A stretch of DNA of 64,000 nucleotides. It comes from Antedon mediterranea (Eukaryota > Animalia > Echinodermata). The stretch lies in NCBI RefSeq assembly GCF_964355755.1, contig NC_092674.1, positions 22,196,001-22,260,000 of the forward strand, in the 5' to 3' direction. Position numbers and translations under genes: made by a program. The notes beneath the pieces are model-generated. The model searched no databases. It saw nothing but the letters and a program-made list of their open reading frames with translations, and had not been told where the DNA came from. Positions 48,421 through 63,700 of the stretch are shown piece after piece. Position 1 is the stretch's first letter, and each line of letters begins with the position of its first letter.

Positions 48421-50144
48421 GTACGTAAACATTGTGTTACTCATTTTTTTATTTTACGATATAAATTAATAAATAGTATATATTTGCATTTATGGTTGAA
48501 TCAAATGTGTACAATATTGATGTTAACTAGTATTGTTACTATCTTAACAATACTATTATCTTATAAGTCTTATGTTTAGCTTTTTACTGAAATAAATTTT
48601 ATAAATCATGAATATTTTAATTCTGGTAAAGTAGAAATAATAAGTCAGATTTTGAATTGCGTGCCCGTTTTTTAAAAACAAATGTAATAGCAAATGACAC
48701 TAAATAATGTGTGGAACATTGTAAATTATTATTATAACAATTACTATTCATTATTTTTTAATGTTTCTTGTTAATTTAACTAATGAAAGTTTGACTTATT
48801 TGTAAAATATTACAAAGAAACATTGTTTTAAATTCATTTTACTGACAACAGTGCGTTAAATTATACTTCTATATACAAGTATGATTTAATCTGACATATG
48901 CAGTACTCAGGATAGCTCGATAACTGTATCAGACAAATATTATAATGTAGCATAAGCAGATTCGTAAATACAGTGTCACATGTGACATTGTTTTTAATTT
49001 AACCTTTAGATCAATTCATGTGATACAGTTATAACATGTGACGAATATGTAATACTGTATCACGGAACCTTCCCAAGGTAAACTGAAGAAGATGGTATTC
49101 GATGATGATGATAGTAATGCTGTCGATAATATCAAACATTATTTATACAGTATCGGGAGCGTGTTATTAATTACCGGTCCTTTATATCTTTATGTTATTA
49201 TGTATGACTAGATATTAAATATCAGTATCCGCTCATTAAATATTCAGAATGAATTAAACGTCGTTCGCCTTCCATTAATATATAATAGGATAGCATGATA
49301 TACGTGTGTTTAATTCATTACGATTCAGGGAAGAGATTCACTTGAATCCTCGAATTCTGAACGTCTGTATTATGTTCGTCACAACGGATCGAATGAGGTT
49401 GTAGTTCACAGTGTGAATTCATGAATTTAAAATAATTTAAATGAGGAATTGTTTTTAATGATGAAGGGTTCTGTTCAGTTCGGCAATCAATATGCCTCAG
49501 TTTATTAACTGCCGCGCATAGTAATATTAAAATATCTTGCAAAACAAATGGATATGGTCTAAGGATCAATTTTTACCGCATTAATCTCTCTTTTACCACA
49601 AAATGTATTTCTCATCTACATTTTTAAGGGATACTACCAGCCAATTTCATATCGCAAATATGTCATCATACATAAGTTCAACAATACTTAAAATAATTAT
49701 TTCATCCACAAAACACTTTTGTTAAAAAGTTATTTAAACATTTTAAAATAATACATGCTTTGTACATACATAGAACGCCAATTTAAAACATATCAATATC
49801 AACATTTCCCCGTACCAATATAACATTGTTTTTCAATGTCATATCAATATAAATTAGTATCATTAATAAAACGCGATAAATTGTGTTTTCTTTACATTTT
49901 AAAAAGAGATATGTCTTTATCTGTTAATACTGTTCATTACATTGATTAAATGTATCGAGATAGCAGTTTTCACACACACACGCACATACATAAAAATACT
50001 GTTAAAAGAATTGAATAGTAGATTTACATTAGCGGTCAGCAGCATTTTAATTATAATTTTTTACTAGGCTATGAGTCAACGTTGTGTGATTGCGTCATAC
50101 CTCAGAATTAGCTTCTGCGTACTGCATGGTCTTTAGCCGATGTA

Positions 50145-51130
50145 ATTATTCGGAACGTGCAACGCGACTCTACAGCTCACTATGTCGGTCGGTCGGTCGG
50201 TAAACATTAACTTGTATATGGCCTTATCTTGATATCAGTTTCATCTAGCTATGTCAATTTTTCACAGTATATTCCATATGGCCAGGAATCGATGTGGTTA
50301 TGTTTTCACGGTGCGCAATCAAAAATCACGCGGTCTATGCACGATTTAACGAAATCACTTTTGTAATCATATCTTCACAAGCATGAATCACAATTAAATA
50401 AAATTTGGTACTCATAATTTCAGGGCATAAATCATCATATAGCAAAACATTTACGTGCGTGTGCGTACGCGCGCTTACAATTTTCAGCATTTATTTTTAA
50501 AGAAATAAGAGTACGTTTCGGGCAATTTTAATCATATAAAAAATCGCACTGCGCGTTAAATATTAATATGGCCTCTTTTTGCCCGATTTTTGTTTTACAA
50601 CCTTTCTTTAATAATATCATCATATTTGATTCACTTTTTAACTCAAAATTAAATTACGTTAAACAAGCACGTAAAATATGACAGGCTACGCACATATAAA
50701 TTAAAAAAATTTAAATGTTTTTAAACATTTTTAACATTTTTAAACATGTTCCGCAAATTCGGTCGGTTGGTCGGTCAGTAAACGCTAACTTGAGCACGCG
50801 ACTGCAGCCATCTATATGGCCTTGTTTTTTCACAATGTATTTATTTATTAGTTTCGTCTCCTAATTATAGTGCATCACATTTGAAATAACGCGCATCTCA
50901 TCTCTAACTTGTCAAATTGTCTTCTCAATTTCAATATGTTTTGGCAATTATCTTCCGAAATGTTCATCTTTATGGTTTATTTCGATTGTGGGTCTCATAA
51001 TTCTACCTATGTCACACTGATACTGTATATTGTAGTATGCAGCGTTTTCGACATGACTTTTGTCATATTCCATTACAGCGTGTACTCTCTTTGTCGATTT
51101 TCACCCAAATTATAATATCCTCTTTCACGT
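50145..51130 (+). mobile_element. HINE/DINE-1-like element plus adjacent fragment of the related family
   Basis: ACGCGACT subterminal motif near both ends, a (GTCG)n microsatellite and a 3' hairpin GCCAT-ctat-ATGGC-CTTG. The stretch 50830-51130 resembles the interior of 24557-26117. Confidence 0.6.
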
Positions 51131-52953
51131 TTTTGTTTTTGTTTTTAGGGCCTATATTTCCTACTGACTAAAATCAATCAGAAATATCACCATAATTCGA
51201 GTGAAAAATATTTAGTTAGTTAGCTAGTTATATACATACCTTTAATTGTGTTTTTGTTAACGTGTGTATGACTTTGATACATCATTCATAGTTAAATGCG
51301 TAAGAATATCAAGTTATATAATTCGATTCGTCAAATAAAAAAATACACTTCACCTTAGAACTAGTTTTTTCAGCGCTTTTTTATGAAGTATAGGCCTAGT
51401 AGTAATAATTAGAAAATTAGAAAAGCTGTAATTACTTTTTTGGTTGAACGGTAATGTTTTTAATTAACAAAAATGAAGGATTTATTCAGACTAAAATGAG
51501 TGGACCATATACCTTAATTAGAGTGATATTATCTCACAAAATTGTTCATGAATCTAGGAGGCCATAGAAACTGTAAGTATTCATCCGCGTCTGTTCTGTC
51601 CATGAATTCTTGGGAATGATTATTGTATTAAAGATCTTATTTTATGAATAATATAAGTACTTTTTTATGATTATTCTGTCTACTATTATCGTATTTAGAC
51701 AGAAACATTGACATATCTACCGAAATAAAGTTAAAACATAAAAAAAGAAACTTAAACCACTCATCGACTGAAATAACATCCCGTCTATGTACGTACTTAT
51801 GTATACCTGTTATTTTACCTTCAGAACAAACATCGTGTTTATCGAACGTCTGCTTTTTTAAATCAGATGTTTTTGTGTATTACTGTCTTCCTTTTACGTC
51901 TTATTATAGCCGGCAAATTGTTTCTTTATATTATGCCTACGTCATAAGTAGGAGGAAAGTTTGGTGCGCCCGGATGTAGGCATGCATTTGTTATGATTGT
52001 GAAAGTCGGTAATTAGATCGTATATTCGTTTAAAGTTGTTTGTTGTCAGGTAAATACATTTTTATTGCAGTAATAAATAAATATTCTACACTTTTAACAG
52101 TATTGTTTTTTGTTTTTTTATTGTGGTCGATTTTTGTTATTTATTTTTTATTTCTTACAATGGGGGCACCATGACTTTTCGACTCCTGTCTATCAAACTC
52201 GAAGGTGTAGTATGATGTGTAATGAACTACGGCTACTGAACAACCCGGTATATTTTGATAACTCTCTACTATTGATCTATTAGCTTGGAGGCTGCTGGCT
52301 CTTGGTTCATCTTTTCAGGTACATTTCATTTAACAGCAAAAAAGTGTGTTGTCTATGCATATTTTATGATATCCTCATGCAATGGTTATTGTACGATGTG
52401 TGTTACATTACTTGAGTATTAATTAATAATAACTGGCTTCACGTCAAATACACGTTAACTTCTATTATTTTTGATACTTTGAGTGGTAAACCAGACCTAA
52501 GTCACTTAAGATCGTGTCAGATTTATTAATTATCTCCCATGGTAACCAAGTCCACTTAATTAATGTTTGAGTTTTTTTTTCTAATAATTAATTCTAACGC
52601 ATGCGTTATTGATATTTCTTTATTTTAACAATGGATTGAACAATAACAACCTTGTAGAATTAGTAAGTCTTGTCGATTCTGTTTAATTTCATTGCTGCAG
52701 GTTTATTCCAATCACGTACTCTATCCCACACAAATAAGATATTACATTCATATCTTACACACAACATGCCATAAGTTAGTGATAATATTAACACTAAAAC
52801 TTTCAGCAGATTAACCTCAGTACCAAGTCTACTTGCTGCATATTAGGTGTTTATAATTCGTGAGAATACTAATATTATTCTAAAATATTCAGATAACATA
52901 AACAACGTATTTTCTGATTTAATGTGAAGGGTTATTCGGATCCAGCAAATTAA

Positions 52954-53066
52954 AGCTTTGTCAACACTATAAAATGTGCCCATATATGGAAAAGATGACG
53001 TCATATAAATAACATATTTTGGTACATCACACATGTGTCCAACTACAGTAGTTTGTAGACAGAGCT
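52954..53066. mobile_element. MITE family A copy
   Basis: TAA|AGCTTTGTCAACACTAT...GTAGACAGAGCT|TAA (3-bp TSD). Confidence 0.75.
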
Positions 53067-56000
53067 TAAAGCGGCTATCACATTTTGTTATTACACTCGT
53101 GTATCCCCATGCATTATAAGACAAGGGACATTGATGAGTGGAGTGGATAGAAAATGTTCATAAGATGTACTGTACGTGGCTATTTAACAAGGCATTACAA
53201 AACATTAAATATCATTTTTCAAACACAATTACTAGTGTGAAGTCTGGGAATTATGCGCATACAAAATTATATACGGCGCTCGGAGAATGTGGCCTGGGAA
53301 CAGAGTTGTTACACTAGAGGTTGCTTTTCGAAAACGTTCGCGTTGCACAAACACATTTTTTTCGGAAAACATGATCGCACAATGTACCATCTAATCGTAT
53401 GGGTGGATCCACATACTGTAATGCACATGGAACGTAATGTCCAATCAACAAATCCAATGACAACGATACCCTCTAGAGTGTTATTAAGCGAAATAGTTTC
53501 CACAACTGTTGTGCCTACTTTGTTAATCTTGTTATTTTGTCCGAACAAGAAGTTGATCTTTTTTTCTTGACGAAGCGTTATTTTTAGTTATTTACATTGA
53601 AAAATTACCAGCTGTTATCACAGCAAGTAATATTGTAAATACAAACATAATTCAGCAATTCATCATTTCAAAAAGGTATTACCAAAAATAGACATTGAAG
53701 ATTCAAATAGCTTCTTTAAAAATCTGTGGGAACTGATATGACGTCATTTAATCTAACAACGTCCGTCATATTTTGTTACAATGTCACATAGATTAAACTA
53801 TTAAAACAGTTTACATACAATATAATGAATTGAACGGTTTTTTTTCTCATAAAGAGCTTTGATAACATTATACATAATTACAATGATGTGAATTGTTATG
53901 TTTAGAAAATGGCCGTAGTTAAACCCTTGTATAGACCACTGAAGGCAATATTTAGATTACCTCTGCAAGAACATAATCAATACGATTTGCAGTGGAAATT
54001 ACTTTATTTAATTTATTTTTGTAGTTCTTAGTTATAATAATGTAAATGTTATTATAGTAATGTAGTTCTGGAGAATTTTTCAAAAAGCCTCTTGAAATAG
54101 AAATGCAGAATAAATGCAAAACAATTCCATAAATCCTCGTTTTTCAATCTTATTTTACATCGTTTAAAGGTATTGTTCCCATGAAAGGGGTTGTTTGGGT
54201 TGTATTGACCCGTTTATTTGTCTTTTTATAAGTGAAAATAGTTGGGTTTTTTCTACGTAAGTGATTAACTTTATTAAAACTGTAAAATAGCTTACTCAAA
54301 GTCTTTTTTATTAATCTTCATTTTTTGGGGGGACAATGCATCTTTTAGGTATAACTGTTGAAGTTATTGAATCGTTACGACTACTCATTAAAGAAATAGC
54401 GATTAGACGGAACCTGTGCAGTCCCAATTAATTGTTTAGGAAAGGAACTGTTAAATCGAATCACATTATGCTTCAATACCTCACTCAAAGCTGAATACAG
54501 TAAATGCAAGTTGACAACTTAAGAAATCATTTTTATAAGAAAGACATATTATAAATAATTTCCTTATTTCGCTTCATTAGTGTTTGTTCCCAAACAGATC
54601 AATATTAGTTTTAGATTGAGAGAAATAAAATTTAATGTAGTAATTATAAAATATTTTAAATCTCATTAGCAGATTTCATTTTGTAACAGTGCTCGGTAAT
54701 GATGTTCTGTTATAAAATGTGTATTATGTGTTGCCATGGTTATAAAGAAATGGCGATTTGTGTTTAGTTCTCCAAATCTCTGTCTACACTATCAAACTTT
54801 ATGGCCATATGGATATGATGATGTTATATCATTACCATATTTAGGCAAATTACTACCATATTTAGGCACATCGAACTAGTTTGATTGTTTAAACAGAGAC
54901 CTGGATTGATGAAGCAAAGTGAATTTGATATCATATCCATGCCATTTCAATCTTAAAAGTAATCATAATAAATAAACTGTCTTCTGAACTATCCTTTTAA
55001 AATTCAGTTATATTTAAGACAGATACACTTAAAACAATGTCCGAGTGATTCTAAACATAATACATATATTATTATTTCTATTTCGTCAGTGTATAATATC
55101 CGTTTTGAACGTGTAAAGTATACAGTTTCGCGTATAATTACCAACAATAAGTTGTAGGAAATCCAGATGTAATTCTTAAAATGGAAAAAGTGTATGCAGA
55201 CCAGAGATTCCGAAATAAAAGATTGAATGAATGAATGAATTATACGTTTCCGTTCCTGATTTTCATAAGAGAATTAAGGAAGATTGGAGACTCCATTACA
55301 GTGTGTTGTACTAAGCGAATTTATCCGCGCGAATTGAACATTATTCATTCATTCATTTATTTGGTCAAAATCAACATACAATACATGATTACATAACAAT
55401 GTTATAATACAGAAAGTTAAAACTTGAGACTCACAATTAAAAAGAAAGAAAAAATGTTATAAACAATCTAAAACAATGCAAATGTCTAATATGATGGTAA
55501 AAAATGGCTTAAAAAAACAGCATTAAAACAGAATACCGTTCAGTCATAAAAATACAAGTTATTAAAAAGACAATAGAATATTAAAAAGCGTTTAGTTAAA
55601 AAGTAAGCAGCAGAATAAAGTTATGAACATTAAGAATAAAACAGTTAAGTTTATTTTGACCAGGACAGCTAAAAAAACCAATTACCTAGGTTTATTTCCA
55701 TTGGGGTCCTTTATTTCCGTTGGGGTCCTGTATTGTGTTTGATTTGCTACGTATTTTTCTTTACATTACAACCAGTGGATGAAAACCAGGCTTTATTCCA
55801 ATTTGATCATAAATTGTGATTTGTTTTATGATTCTAAATAGCTCGTACGTTCTTTTGCATAGGCCTACAGAAACGTGTTTTAAATAATAGTCATGCATTT
55901 GTTATGAGTAGATTTCTCATCCCATAATGCACTTATTACGTGATTTTTACGATTGTGACCAGTTGAAGACGCTGGACAAAATACCGATGAATCAAGGAAA

Positions 56001-56706
56001 GTCATTAATTCAAATTCACATTCAAATTAACATTTTTTTCTAGTTAAAAGGATTAAAAATGTCTTATGCATTGTATAATTACTGTATTCATCAACAGAAA
56101 CAGACCATACAGATGTTGCGTTGTGTAATTTTCGAGGTTTCAACCACAATAGGCCAATTACGCCATTCAATTTACGCATTTCGTGACAAATAAGTCACGT
56201 GCTAATTCTATTTTTACAATTTCCAAGTAACGGACGTTTAGAGTACTTAAGAAAATAACTAAGATATCTGCTAGCGATGCTAAGTAGGGGCATCGAATGC
56301 CGAGTAGCTTTTATTGTATGTTATGATATTAGGTATATTTGACAACTAAATATATTAACGGAGGTCTGTGTATAAGGCTACATACATTGATTTTTTCCTT
56401 GGTTTTAGCATGTGTTTTATAATAATAATGAATGTTTATCAGTTGAATAAGGTGAATAGTGTCATGTGTTTCAATAATGACTGTTAAAATAAGACAGCTA
56501 GGCTTTCATGAATAATTAATATTCTCTCTATTCAACGAATAAACACATTCACTACGTGTTTTATTCGTTTCACCACTATAGTTTCATTCATCAGTTGAAA
56601 ATTACTTCCATTTAATGTAATTTGCTTATAAAATTTACATAGAAAGTATGTTTGTTCTAAGATACAAAACCAGATAAATAAAAAAAAAACAATTACGAAG
56701 TATCAC

Positions 56707-57085
56707 ATCACTCTCGTACGGTATAGTGACAAACAATCAAATATGAGAGTTGATGGACCGGTAACGTCTACCGTTACGTAACACCTCAAATACATTATGC
56801 ATGGGATAAGTAGAATCTTGCAATATAGAATTTGTTTTCTTAATTAATCGATTTTCAAAAAAAAAAGTTATAATTTAAACTAAAAGCTGGCATGTGATCA
56901 CTCTCGTACGGTATACTGACAAACAATCAAATATGAGAGTTGATGGACCGGTAACGTCTACCGTTACGTAACACCTCAAATACATTATACATGGGATAAG
57001 TAGAATCTTGCAATATAGAATTTGTTTTCTTAATTAATCGATTTTCAAAAAAAGTTATAATTTAAACTAAAAGCTGGCATGTGAT
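56707..57085. repeat. Near-perfect 190-bp tandem duplication
   Basis: ATCACTCTCGTACGGTATA starts at 56707 and 56897. The copies differ by a few substitutions and a poly-A length. Confidence 0.92.
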
Positions 57086-60000
57086 AGAATCATTAAATAG
57101 AACGTTTACCGTGCAATATAACTAATAACTAACAACACGTGACACGAAATTAACCAACAAATGACAAGTATACTCTCAGACGTTGAATCTTTATTCTAAA
57201 ACAATATCATGGAATATGTAAGGTGATGTTTAGCACGATGTGTTGCTTTTGTTATGTATCAACATTTCCATTGCTTTTCTTTTTGGTATTTCTTGTTTCT
57301 TATCGATTTTTCTGTCTTTTCTGATTGTGTTAACTAGTTGATTATTTTGTAGATAGAATTGTATCTGTTTATTTGAAATGTGCGAGCGTTATAGTTTCTA
57401 ACAAAATTATATGATTTAATTTTTATTTATTTTTTTATTATGCCACCTCATGATAGTTAATATTATTATTAATGTATTTTTATATTTTCGAATATTTCAT
57501 GTCATATTTCTTTCATCAAATAAGTTGACATACCAAAAACACAGCTGAAAGTGATGACAGTTTTTAGAACTTCTGAGAAGAGCAGTTTATCAATATTGAC
57601 TCAAAATTTCCAAAGAAAGAACAGTTGCATTTAATTGCATTTACTTATTGGTCATTTTACACTGTTCAGCGGCCCAGTTTATTTTATTATACCTAGATAT
57701 GTTATAACTTAGTAAGTGTTTGAATAGTAGTATTGCGAATTATACTGTTGATTTTGATGAGAATCTTTGGATTATTGGTATGATGTTGATGGTTGCAGTG
57801 ACGCTGAGGGTTGTAATGGCGATACGGATAGAAAATATGACGATGGTCATGCTATTTTAATCATGATGATCTCTTGACAAAAAAGGTTCTATGTTACGTT
57901 TTGTTAATCGTACATACCGTCCATGTAGTTTGTAATCTGCCAAGTACAATTCCATTCATTTTGATACCCTGTATTATGGAGCAGCGTGCAATAGCATAAC
58001 ATAACAACCGTACAGACTCTCTTTCTCCCCAACTGCAGGTAGTATAATAGGCCTAGATTATATTATGTTTGGGAGAATAGATACCCGTGTCTTTATTTAG
58101 TTGATATTTTAATAATAGTATGATGGAGTAATACGTATGGGAAGGTTCGATGCGTTCTGTGTGTACAACCAAACACAAAGCCTACGTATTACTATGATAA
58201 TAATGCTGTCAAAATTCATCGGCATATAATATATTTTCCAATTTAGTTTACGAGATTAACCTGCTAAAAAAGGTACTTAACTTTAGTAATATCTAGAAAC
58301 CTATACGCTATTCATTTAACAGCTTAGGAATAAAAATGATTTTATAGGCCTACACAAAGTTAAAAACTCCTACTGAACATACATATGCAGTATTCATTTA
58401 TTTGACAGAAACGTAATTGAGTATGCAGGTAGTTATCCATTTGGTAGACAATCTGAGAAATCACTGCATGATGTCCACTAAGCCATTCATGTTTTACTTC
58501 CACCGTTTTTAAATGATCGTCCAGAATTGTTTGGAGTTCGTATGTATATACTTAAAACATGCCTATTTTCATAAAAATCAATATATTGGTGACGTCGCAA
58601 ATATTTTATGTTGAGTTATTTTTGTCTTTAATGCATCAAAATAATCAATATCACGCCTTTTGCTCTCTGTTTTTTTCAGTTGAGTTTCCAATTGGCTTCG
58701 TTTGTGTTTTCTGTAGATAACCCATACAGTGCAGCTAGGGCTGCTTATTTGACAGGAATCAAAGTAAGAAAGTAATATAAGCATCCACATTTCACATGCG
58801 TATTGCTGCATCTGACCGTTGACATGTATCTTATTTTATGTTGATGGATTCCATATTATATTGTGTTTTGCGTTTTAATTTATCGTTGAACATTGTCTAT
58901 TTTAATTATATTTATTCCAAACTATAGGCTATCGTATTAACAGTATAGTTGGCTGGCGTTATTGTTGAAAAACTGAATAAGAAATGTAATCACTGAAGAA
59001 TTATCGATTGATGCATTTTATACTCTATAATCATCCTAACTTTATTCATTGATAGATAATATACTGTATTTGATATACAACATTGATACTAAGTTTCCAG
59101 TTTCTAATTAGTTCTGGCATAATATTATACCTGTATGATAACTTAAAATTATAGATGTCATTTACAAGTTAATTCAACCATGATTCAACCACGGGTTCAA
59201 ATAGTGACGACTTGTTTGATGAATTAACAGGCATACAATTTAATCCGCCCGGTGATAATACTGAACATTAATTTAGAGACAATACAGATGTGGAAATCTG
59301 TGAAAATGAGACATTACATACTACTGTACATCACTCAGAGAATTCCCCCAAAAGTATTTAAAAAAATTATTTCATTATTACACACATTACAGATGTGTAC
59401 CATTATTTCAGTGTACATTTTAGGGTATTTAATGTGTGTCGCCACATGCTTGCGATTAGGCCTACTATAGGCTTATTGATACGTTCTTCTATGAGATTTC
59501 ATTAAGATGGTTTTAATATTTAATTGTGTGGTCGTTTCCAGGACGTAATACATCTTTGATATAATCACCACTTGCCCATTTTGCTATATTACAATGTTAG
59601 ATTTATTACTTTGTTATTAAAGACACAGACGCCTTGTTTTTATAATGACGGTGTAAGATTAATGGGTAAACCGGATCGTCATTACGCTTAAAGTAGAGCG
59701 TCAGTAGTCAGTGATGTAAATACGATCGTTTACATAGTCTCTATTCTCACTTAAAAGTAAAATGAATTGAAATTTACCTCTAGTTTATAGGATTGTTCAA
59801 ACTAAAGGTAAACGCATTTTTTGTCGTCCTTACGCTTAAACTGAATGAAATTCGGATAGCAGGCCATTTACAGACCCACGGCAGCCTACCCAGATCAGCA
59901 CAGTGGGAGACGATCTACTACTACTACCTACTCTTGTCGAAAGTTCTCTCTAGTTTTCCATTCACGTATTGCTTTTTAGTCAGTCTGAGATAGTTTTATG

Positions 60001-60726
60001 TAAAATAGAATGCAAAATACCAAAAATACATTATTGCAATAGTGTAAGTAAATGAATCAATTATTTTCCAGGGCCTGGTTATCTTTAGAGCAGGTTTCAC
60101 ACTCAGACTTTGCGCTTAACGCTTGACTATACAAAACACATCACACATTGATCCAGGCATTCAAAATATATCATGACGTAATTCTTTGGATATTGTTTTT
60201 CTCCAATATCGATATTAGTGAATAAAAGATAATTACGAAGGAAGTGTTCTGAGTGAAGTTTAATTAGACGTATGCTAATGCAAGATTAATAATACCAAAT
60301 CTTCGCGTGTGTTAATAACGACACGCGATATGTTCTAGGGCTTCAATTGATGTACAAACTAGAGCAGATCCCATAACTCACAGATGATATATTATAAAAA
60401 ATGAAATCATGATCTTAAACAACCAGGTAGCTTACAGTAAAATATGTACTTTTTCACGTCATGGCAAATATGTCTGAAGACCGAACTCAGTATTTAATTT
60501 TCTTGTTGTTTTTTTGTGGCAAACTTCCCCAGATACGTTTTAAATATTTTTAATTAATTTTGTGATAATAATCAAACAATTCCCAGAAAATCCATTCTCC
60601 ATTATACAATGATATTTCCCATGTCATTTTTTTGATAGTGTCCTACTATACTAAAAGAGAATGTCCGAAATATCTGATATTATAATATTTTATTTTCCAG
60701 GTTTGGTCGTGTAGAACTTTATCACT

Positions 60727-63700
60727 ATGGAGTTGACAATGACTAGGCTGCTTCTCGTGACCATCGTCGGCGCAATTTTACCCGTTTCTATGGTATCCGC
60801 TGGTCCATGGCGCGCTCGAGCAAACAAAAAAGCCGATTTACAAGATGCATTAGATTTTCTAAAGAAACATCTAAGTGACAAAGGCATCGACCTTCCATCA
60901 TTGCCTGGATCCAGAATGGCATCCGAAGGCTTTCCCTCAAGAACAATGGGAGGTTATCCAAAAGCTGAAACCATGCCTATTTATGACCCAAGATTTAATT
61001 TTGGAAACCAACGAGAAACTGCAGATATAGAACCGGTAGAGATGATAATGAATGATCAATTAAATTCTGACGATGAGGTATCTGATCTTGAATCTGCTGA
61101 TCTTGATCTGGAAGATTCAATCTCTTCTGAAGGCGAGTTAGTAGATGATATAATTGCCGATATCATTACTAAAGAAATCATAGACGACATAGATAATGCA
61201 CTAACTAATGATGGTAAGGGATTGACCTTCGATTGTTTATTCTCTGTGGCACTTTTTACTCTTATCACTTTATTTCAAACAAACAAACCACCATACAGTT
61301 TGTAGCATGTGTACCCTAAATTGCAGTTATATCCCATTTATACTAAGACGAACATTAGATAAAATGTTTTCATCCTAGAATTATTTATTAATTAATTCAT
61401 TTATGCTGCCTTTGATGAGAATTACTAATTTCACAAGTCCAATCAAATGACGTCATGATTAGTAAGAACAATAATACCGTGACGATACTCGGACTTTATT
61501 GATCTTATTGATTATGATGTCATCTCATTGGATGTTAACACATATCATTTTTATAAAAACAGAATAAATGGTTATCCTATTATGAAACCTGATCTAATAT
61601 CTTTTGGTTTATGCAAGAAATGTATGTTTATCTATTTATTGTCGATATCTTTCTAGTATAAATGATGGGCATGTACCGTAACCATTTGCTAAAGTCGATT
61701 CTCTGTACTGTTTCTATAATCATGTGCACATTTTTCTAAAAACAAGGCTTACATAAAATATAAGGAGTACATATAACGCTTGTAGCATATAAGCCATAAG
61801 GCTAACCTAATCGTGAACGTAATACATATCATTTACAGAATTCGCCTAGTTACTGGACATACACAGTAATGTCATGTATAGGAAAACAAGGTGCTTTTCA
61901 ACCCAATTCCAACTGCCCATCCATGTCATATTATCTTACAAGTCAGAGTGCCAGCAAGTGTAAATTTAATAATGTTTACGTTCGGGCAATCCCATAATGC
62001 ACATAATTTAATCAAAATTGTCTATAGTGTTGAGATCTACTAAAAACTCGTTATTAAGCTCATATAGCAGGCAGTGTAAATAGAAGTCTGTAATAACGTA
62101 AACTGAATTTAATATACAACTTTCTTAAGATCTTTTTATGAGATGTTTTTATTGAGTAATAAACATTGAATTGTAAAATCGAGTTATTGTATTGCACATA
62201 GCAATAACAACATTTATTTTCGTTTGTTATTATGTGCATGATATTTTAACAAAAGAACATCGTACACATACTATTCTATGTAGATGCTTCTGTTTTTTTA
62301 AAGTGACAATATGTGATAAATAGTAATTATCATGTTTTACTTAGGTATACTGCCATACAATAAAATACATCTTTTTTGTTTAGTTATTTGTAATTGTTAC
62401 AAAAGAGAAAAATATTGGGTGTTATACCCTTAAATATTTTGATTATATATTATAATATTCAAGATTTTTACAAATAGTGTTAACGTTTCTGTTAATTCAA
62501 TCATTTCCTTACTTTATAGATGAAACTGATAATATAAACAATTATTACACTGAAGATGAAAGTCCTACCGTTTCATTTGACTACAATGAAGAGATGGAAA
62601 ATTATGAACGTTTCTTGGAACAACAAATGGAAAACAAAGAAGAGACACCAATCGGTAAGCAAAGGAACGGAATACCTCTTAGGCCCGAGACACCAATCGG
62701 TAAGCAAATAAACAGAATACATTTTAGGCCTACGAATAGTGTCTGATTCGACCATAAGTTAAAATGTTTATAGTTATAGTAAACATTTTCAGCTCTATAA
62801 ATAATAATTATTCGATGGACAGCTTTAACAGCTATTTAGAATATAGTTTAATCTTCATTTTCATGTTTTTGGGCGAGAATAGGCTACATCTTTAAGGTGT
62901 AACTCGTTTGTCACTACTCTGAAAATTGGTCTTCAAGTTTAGTTGGGTTGAAACATATTTGGTCATCTTTGCTTTTTGTTTCATCTAAATATTCTTCGCT
63001 GAAAAAGTTCTTTTTTATTCTGAATCCTTAACAAACTGACTATAAAATCGTGCAATGATATTTCCAATATATAAGATAACAATCAATCTATTGATAGTGG
63101 TAACACGAAAGTTGCTAATTATAACAAGGCAAGATCGACATTACTGAATTTCACTCTTCCCTGTTATAACAACAATAGATATTTATTGAATACATACATA
63201 TCCAAGTCTGTCTCTCAATTAAAACATGTTAGGTCTATTATCGTGAAATAATAATAAAGTGAAATTTTTTCCTGGACTCAGAATACACAATTATTAAAGA
63301 TGAGAATATAATTTAAATTGTTGCCTTAGACATTGATTAAACTTACTTTAGCAAAGGTGACATGAAAAAAGTTTGTGTAAACTTCCCTGAAAAACATTGT
63401 ATTTTGGCTAAGTTCCATATAATAAGGCATATAGGTCCTACATGCCATAATATTATGAATTGTATAGAACAATTTCAGTTTTTCTATCTTTGTAGTTTTT
63501 TTTTAATCGTATTTTATGAAATGTGTTTTTTACTATGCATGTATTGTATGAAACATGGTTCAGTAAATGAACAAAAAGTTAAGGAAAACTAAAAATATGT
63601 ACTTGGCGGATTTTCAAAGAAAAAAGAGATTTTCTCGTAAATATACAAATATATTAAATGATCCACTTTTTAGTTGTATTCATATCATCACAATGTATAG

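Noticed and set aside
53253-53570. Overlapping 105-aa and 79-aa ORFs
   Set aside because: No motifs, no convincing splice context and no coding-like composition.
55200-55730. (GAAT)n/(ATTC)n tails suggesting LINE 3' ends
   Set aside because: Only tail-like sequence with no readable protein remnant; the family cannot be supported.
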